Shown here: piece after piece, positions 33,421-34,406 of the stretch
How positions within the stretch are numbered: position 1 is the first letter of the stretch
Layout: every line of letters starts with the position of its first letter
NCBI RefSeq assembly: GCF_001194135.2
Contig: NC_068998.1
Coordinates: forward strand, 20,015,187-20,049,592
Reading direction: 5' to 3'
Source: Octopus bimaculoides
Lineage: Eukaryota
Length of the DNA stretch: 34,406 nt
Notes under the pieces: generated by a model
What the model was told of the DNA's origin: nothing
The model's input: only the letters and a program-made list of their open reading frames with translations
Databases searched by the model: none
Translations under genes and position numbers: made by a program

Positions 33421-33711
33421 GGAAAATATCCATAATTCAAAGATACAGCCTTGCCACACATACTGTCAAGTTTAAGAACATGGTGACACACCGTAATGCA
33501 GAGACGCAATACCCACACTGACATTAGAATCAAACATCTAAAAGATTGCGTATGCATGTGTGAAAGGGTGAAGGTGGAATGAAAACTGTTTAAAACAACT
33601 TGTATTTTCTTCCAGGAACGTATACAAACGAAATAAATTTGATCAATGCTCACATGTGTATGCACTTCATCAGTGAATATGCGTGATTTTGGCATGCCTT
33701 TATCTCGCAGT

Positions 33712-34094
33712 GTGGAAGCGTAATGGCCCAGTGGTTAGGGCAGCGGACTCGTGGTCATTGGATCGCGGTTTCGATTCCCAGACCGGGCATTGTGAGTGTT
33801 TATTGAGCGAAAACACCTAAAAGTTCCACGAGGCTCCGGCAGGGGATTGTGGCGAACCCTGCTGTACTCTTTCACCACAACTTTCTCTCACTCTTTCTTC
33901 CTATTTCTGTTGTACCTGTATTTCAAAGGGTCAGTCTTGTCACACTGTGTCACGTTGAATCTCCCCGAGAACTACGTTAAGAGTACACGTGTCTGTGGAG
34001 TGCTCAGCCACTTGCACGTTAATTTCACGAGCAGGCTGTTCCGTTGATCGGATCAACTGGAACCCTTGACGTCGTAACCGACGGAGTGCCAACC
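33712..34094 (+). mobile_element. tRNA-derived SINE, family D, full length with TSD
   Basis: Flanked by tatctcgcagt (33701-33711) and tatttcgcagt (34095-34105). About 94% identical to the 32339 copy by manual count. Confidence 0.95.
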
Positions 34095-34353
34095 TATTTC
34101 GCAGTGACATAATTGTAAACATATGTATACATATGCATATATATGTCTAAATATGTCTATTTATGTATGTGTGAATGTATGTATGTGTATGCATATGCAT
34201 ACAGTGTAGTGATAGAGATTCGTGCAAATACTGAGGAGTCAAGTCGATTGTTCTACGCAATCTAGTCAGTTGCCTTGCGTAATAATGACAGTAGATTTAC
34301 TGAAATACATGTGTTTTATAAAGGCTAAAATATTAATTGTGCTTTCGGAGTTT

Positions 34354-34402
34354 ACTACTACTACTACTACTACTACTATTACTACTACTACTACTACTAC
34401 TA
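34354..34402. repeat. (CTA)n microsatellite
   Basis: Seen directly in the sequence. Confidence 0.96.
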
Positions 34403-34406
34403 CCAT

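Noticed and set aside
32640-33785. tRNA-like heads at 32640-32720 and 33712-33785 (and at the other SINEs) as tRNA genes
   Set aside because: A/B boxes are present but no complete acceptor stem; they continue into SINE bodies bounded by TSDs.
32339-34094. Inverted SINE pair as a composite transposon or giant TIR element
   Set aside because: Each copy has its own distinct TSD, and no shared TSD flanks the pair.

Overview
Eukaryotic, AT-rich, repeat-dominated draft-assembly window with 13 N-gaps (about 4.7 kb in total). The SINE families and the very dense microsatellites suggest an octopod cephalopod genome; this is inference from pattern recognition, not a database hit. I found no intact protein-coding gene, rRNA, true tRNA or CRISPR array. 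Contents: an L1/Tx1 RT fragment; a decayed Ulp1-like (C48) protease; six 3' fragments of R4/Dong-type restriction-like-endonuclease (RLE) LINEs next to (AAT)n; RTE and Penelope-like (PLE) fragments; a near-complete but dead Tc1 element with DD36E spacing; a maT-like 3' end; a MITE; Helentron-like fragments; and about 18 copies of four tRNA-derived SINE families. The most interesting signals are: (i) a 256-bp fold-back at 30830-31085 whose arms each carry a CpG-decayed minimal type-I hammerhead ribozyme motif, with related motifs at 1.45, 5.0 and 24.7 kb; (ii) the DD36E transposon; (iii) an inverted telomere-repeat hairpin at 24.4 kb; (iv) a TE-free island at 15.5-17.3 kb with a candidate minus-strand promoter and first exon.
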